Below, one piece after another: positions 63,011 to 64,000 of a DNA stretch of 64,000 nucleotides. The notes beneath the pieces were generated by a model that worked only from the letters and a program-made list of their open reading frames with translations, searched no databases and was not told the DNA's origin. Each line of letters opens with the position of its first letter. Positions within the stretch are counted from its first letter, which is position 1. The stretch comes from Oscillospiraceae bacterium (GTDB lineage Bacteria > Bacillota > Clostridia > Oscillospirales > Ruminococcaceae), in NCBI GenBank assembly GCA_022508885.1, contig JAFLUG010000002.1, forward strand, positions 6,816 through 70,815. The letters run 5' to 3'. The translations under genes and the position numbers were made by a program.

Positions 63011-64000
63011 TTACAGTTTTTCTATTTCCTTTTTCAGCTCTTCAAGAAGCTTGTCCTCCGGAACTTTGCGGACAATCTGACCTTTTCTGAAAATCAGACC
63101 TTCTCCGATACCACCGGCTATTCCTATATCAGCCTCCCGCGCCTCTCCCGGCCCGTTTACCGCACACCCCATAACAGCAACCTTTATCGGCTTATCTACG
63201 GTTTTAAGCATTTCTTCGACACGGTTAGCAAGGGTTATCAAGTCTATCTGAGTTCTTCCGCAGGTAGGACAGGAAACAATTTCCGTTCCTCCTCCCAAAC
63301 CGCAGGCTTTAAGAATATCCTTTCCGGCGTATACCTCTTGTATCGGGTCGGCTGTAAGTGAAACGCGTATAGTAGCCCCTATTCCGTCGCATAAAAGCGA
63401 GCCTATTCCAACAGCGGATTTTATAAGACCCATTCGCTCGGTTCCCGCTTCGGTAACTCCGAGGTGCAGCGGGTAATCCGTCTGCTCGGCAAGACGTCTG
63501 TACGCGTTTATCATCAACTTTACATTTGAAGATTTTAAACTTATTACAATATCGTCAAAATCAAATTTATTAAGCAGTCTCACATGATTTAACGCGCTTT
63601 CTGCGAGCGCCTCAGCAGTTGGACTGCCGTATTTTTCGAGCAGATCTTTTTCAAGAGAACCCGAATTTACCCCTATTCTTATCGGTATCTGTTTTGCTCT
63701 GCACGCGTCCGCGACGGTCTTTATCCTGTCTTCGTCACCGATATTTCCCGGATTTATGCGGATTTTATCAACTCCCGCTTCAATGCATTCAAGCGCGATC
63801 TTATAGTCAAAATGGATATCTGCCACGATCGGAACATCGACCGATTTTTTTAGCTCGGATATAAGTCTTGCGTTCTCGATTTTCGGCACAGCCGCACGAA
63901 TTATCTCACATCCGGCTTTTTCAAGCTCTATCGCCTGCTTTACACTATTTTCAATATCGTCTGCGGGAACGTTTAGCATTGACTGAATGTAAATCTTTCC
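63011..64000 (-). CDS. ispG: 4-hydroxy-3-methylbut-2-enyl diphosphate synthase (partial; start lies beyond the right edge)
   Basis: AGCEIIRAAVP, INPGNIG and the C-terminal [4Fe-4S] motif SCPTCGRT ... GCAVNGPGE. The reading frame stays open upstream of the ORF-track Met to base 64000. Confidence 0.9.
   Translation of the reverse strand, partial: GKIYIQSMLNVPADDIENSVKQAIELEKAGCEIIRAAVPKIENARLISELKKSVDVPIVADIHFDYKIALECIEAGVDKIRINPGNIGDEDRIKTVADACRAKQIPIRIGVNSGSLEKDLLEKYGSPTAEALAESALNHVRLLNKFDFDDIVISLKSSNVKLMINAYRRLAEQTDYPLHLGVTEAGTERMGLIKSAVGIGSLLCDGIGATIRVSLTADPIQEVYAGKDILKACGLGGGTEIVSCPTCGRTQIDLITLANRVEEMLKTVDKPIKVAVMGCAVNGPGEAREADIGIAGGIGEGLIFRKGQIVRKVPEDKLLEELKKEIEKL

Noticed and set aside
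1-64000. Search by eye for CRISPR arrays, tRNA/rRNA genes, IS elements with transposases, and toxin-antitoxin or known defence-system gene pairs
   Set aside because: I saw no regularly spaced direct repeats, no tRNA-like cloverleaf candidates in the few intergenic gaps, no transposase-like ORFs, and no recognisable defence-gene signatures. Absence is based on manual reading only.

Overview
This 64-kb chromosomal window comes from a spore-forming, PolC/HisZ-type Firmicute that looks Clostridia-like. Most of it is tightly packed housekeeping genes, mainly on the minus strand. In order these are: aroA-aroB; a Fur-box-controlled isochorismatase-zur-znuA-znuC-znuB-CPBP operon; pduL; Mrp/NBP35; deoB-deoC; a U32 peptidase; mltG; 5-formyl-THF cyclo-ligase; DJ-1; tmk; and two M42 peptidases. 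Next come an arginine cluster (argG-argH-argC-x-argJ-argB-argD-x-argF) behind ARG-box-like palindromes, then birA, a two-component system, pepF, tyrA and fba. The window ends with a histidine operon (hisZ-G-D-B...H-A-F...I...E) carrying four extra genes, then polC and a partial ispG. I saw no rRNA, tRNA or CRISPR array. Three things stand out. (1) Positions ~2996-11067 hold a compact ~8.1-kb inovirus-like (filamentous ssDNA phage) prophage. It has a Rep_trans-type initiator, a Zot/pI-like ATPase, a pIII-like adsorption protein, many tiny single-TM proteins, an XRE switch with three operators and a GC-rich hairpin cluster. It is bracketed by a direct repeat. The right copy is a perfect 28-bp dif-geometry palindrome in the 5' UTR of a Xer-family tyrosine recombinase gene that lies outside the prophage. 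(2) A sigK gene is cut off after sigma region 2 (41239-41652), about 1 kb from a large serine recombinase (38610-40220). This resembles a skin-type intervening element, but housekeeping genes sit beyond the junction and no 3' half of sigK is in the window. (3) PolC (1252 aa) lacks the 3'-5' exonuclease domain normally inserted in its PHP domain. All calls rest on reading the sequence and on remembered family motifs. No database search was run.
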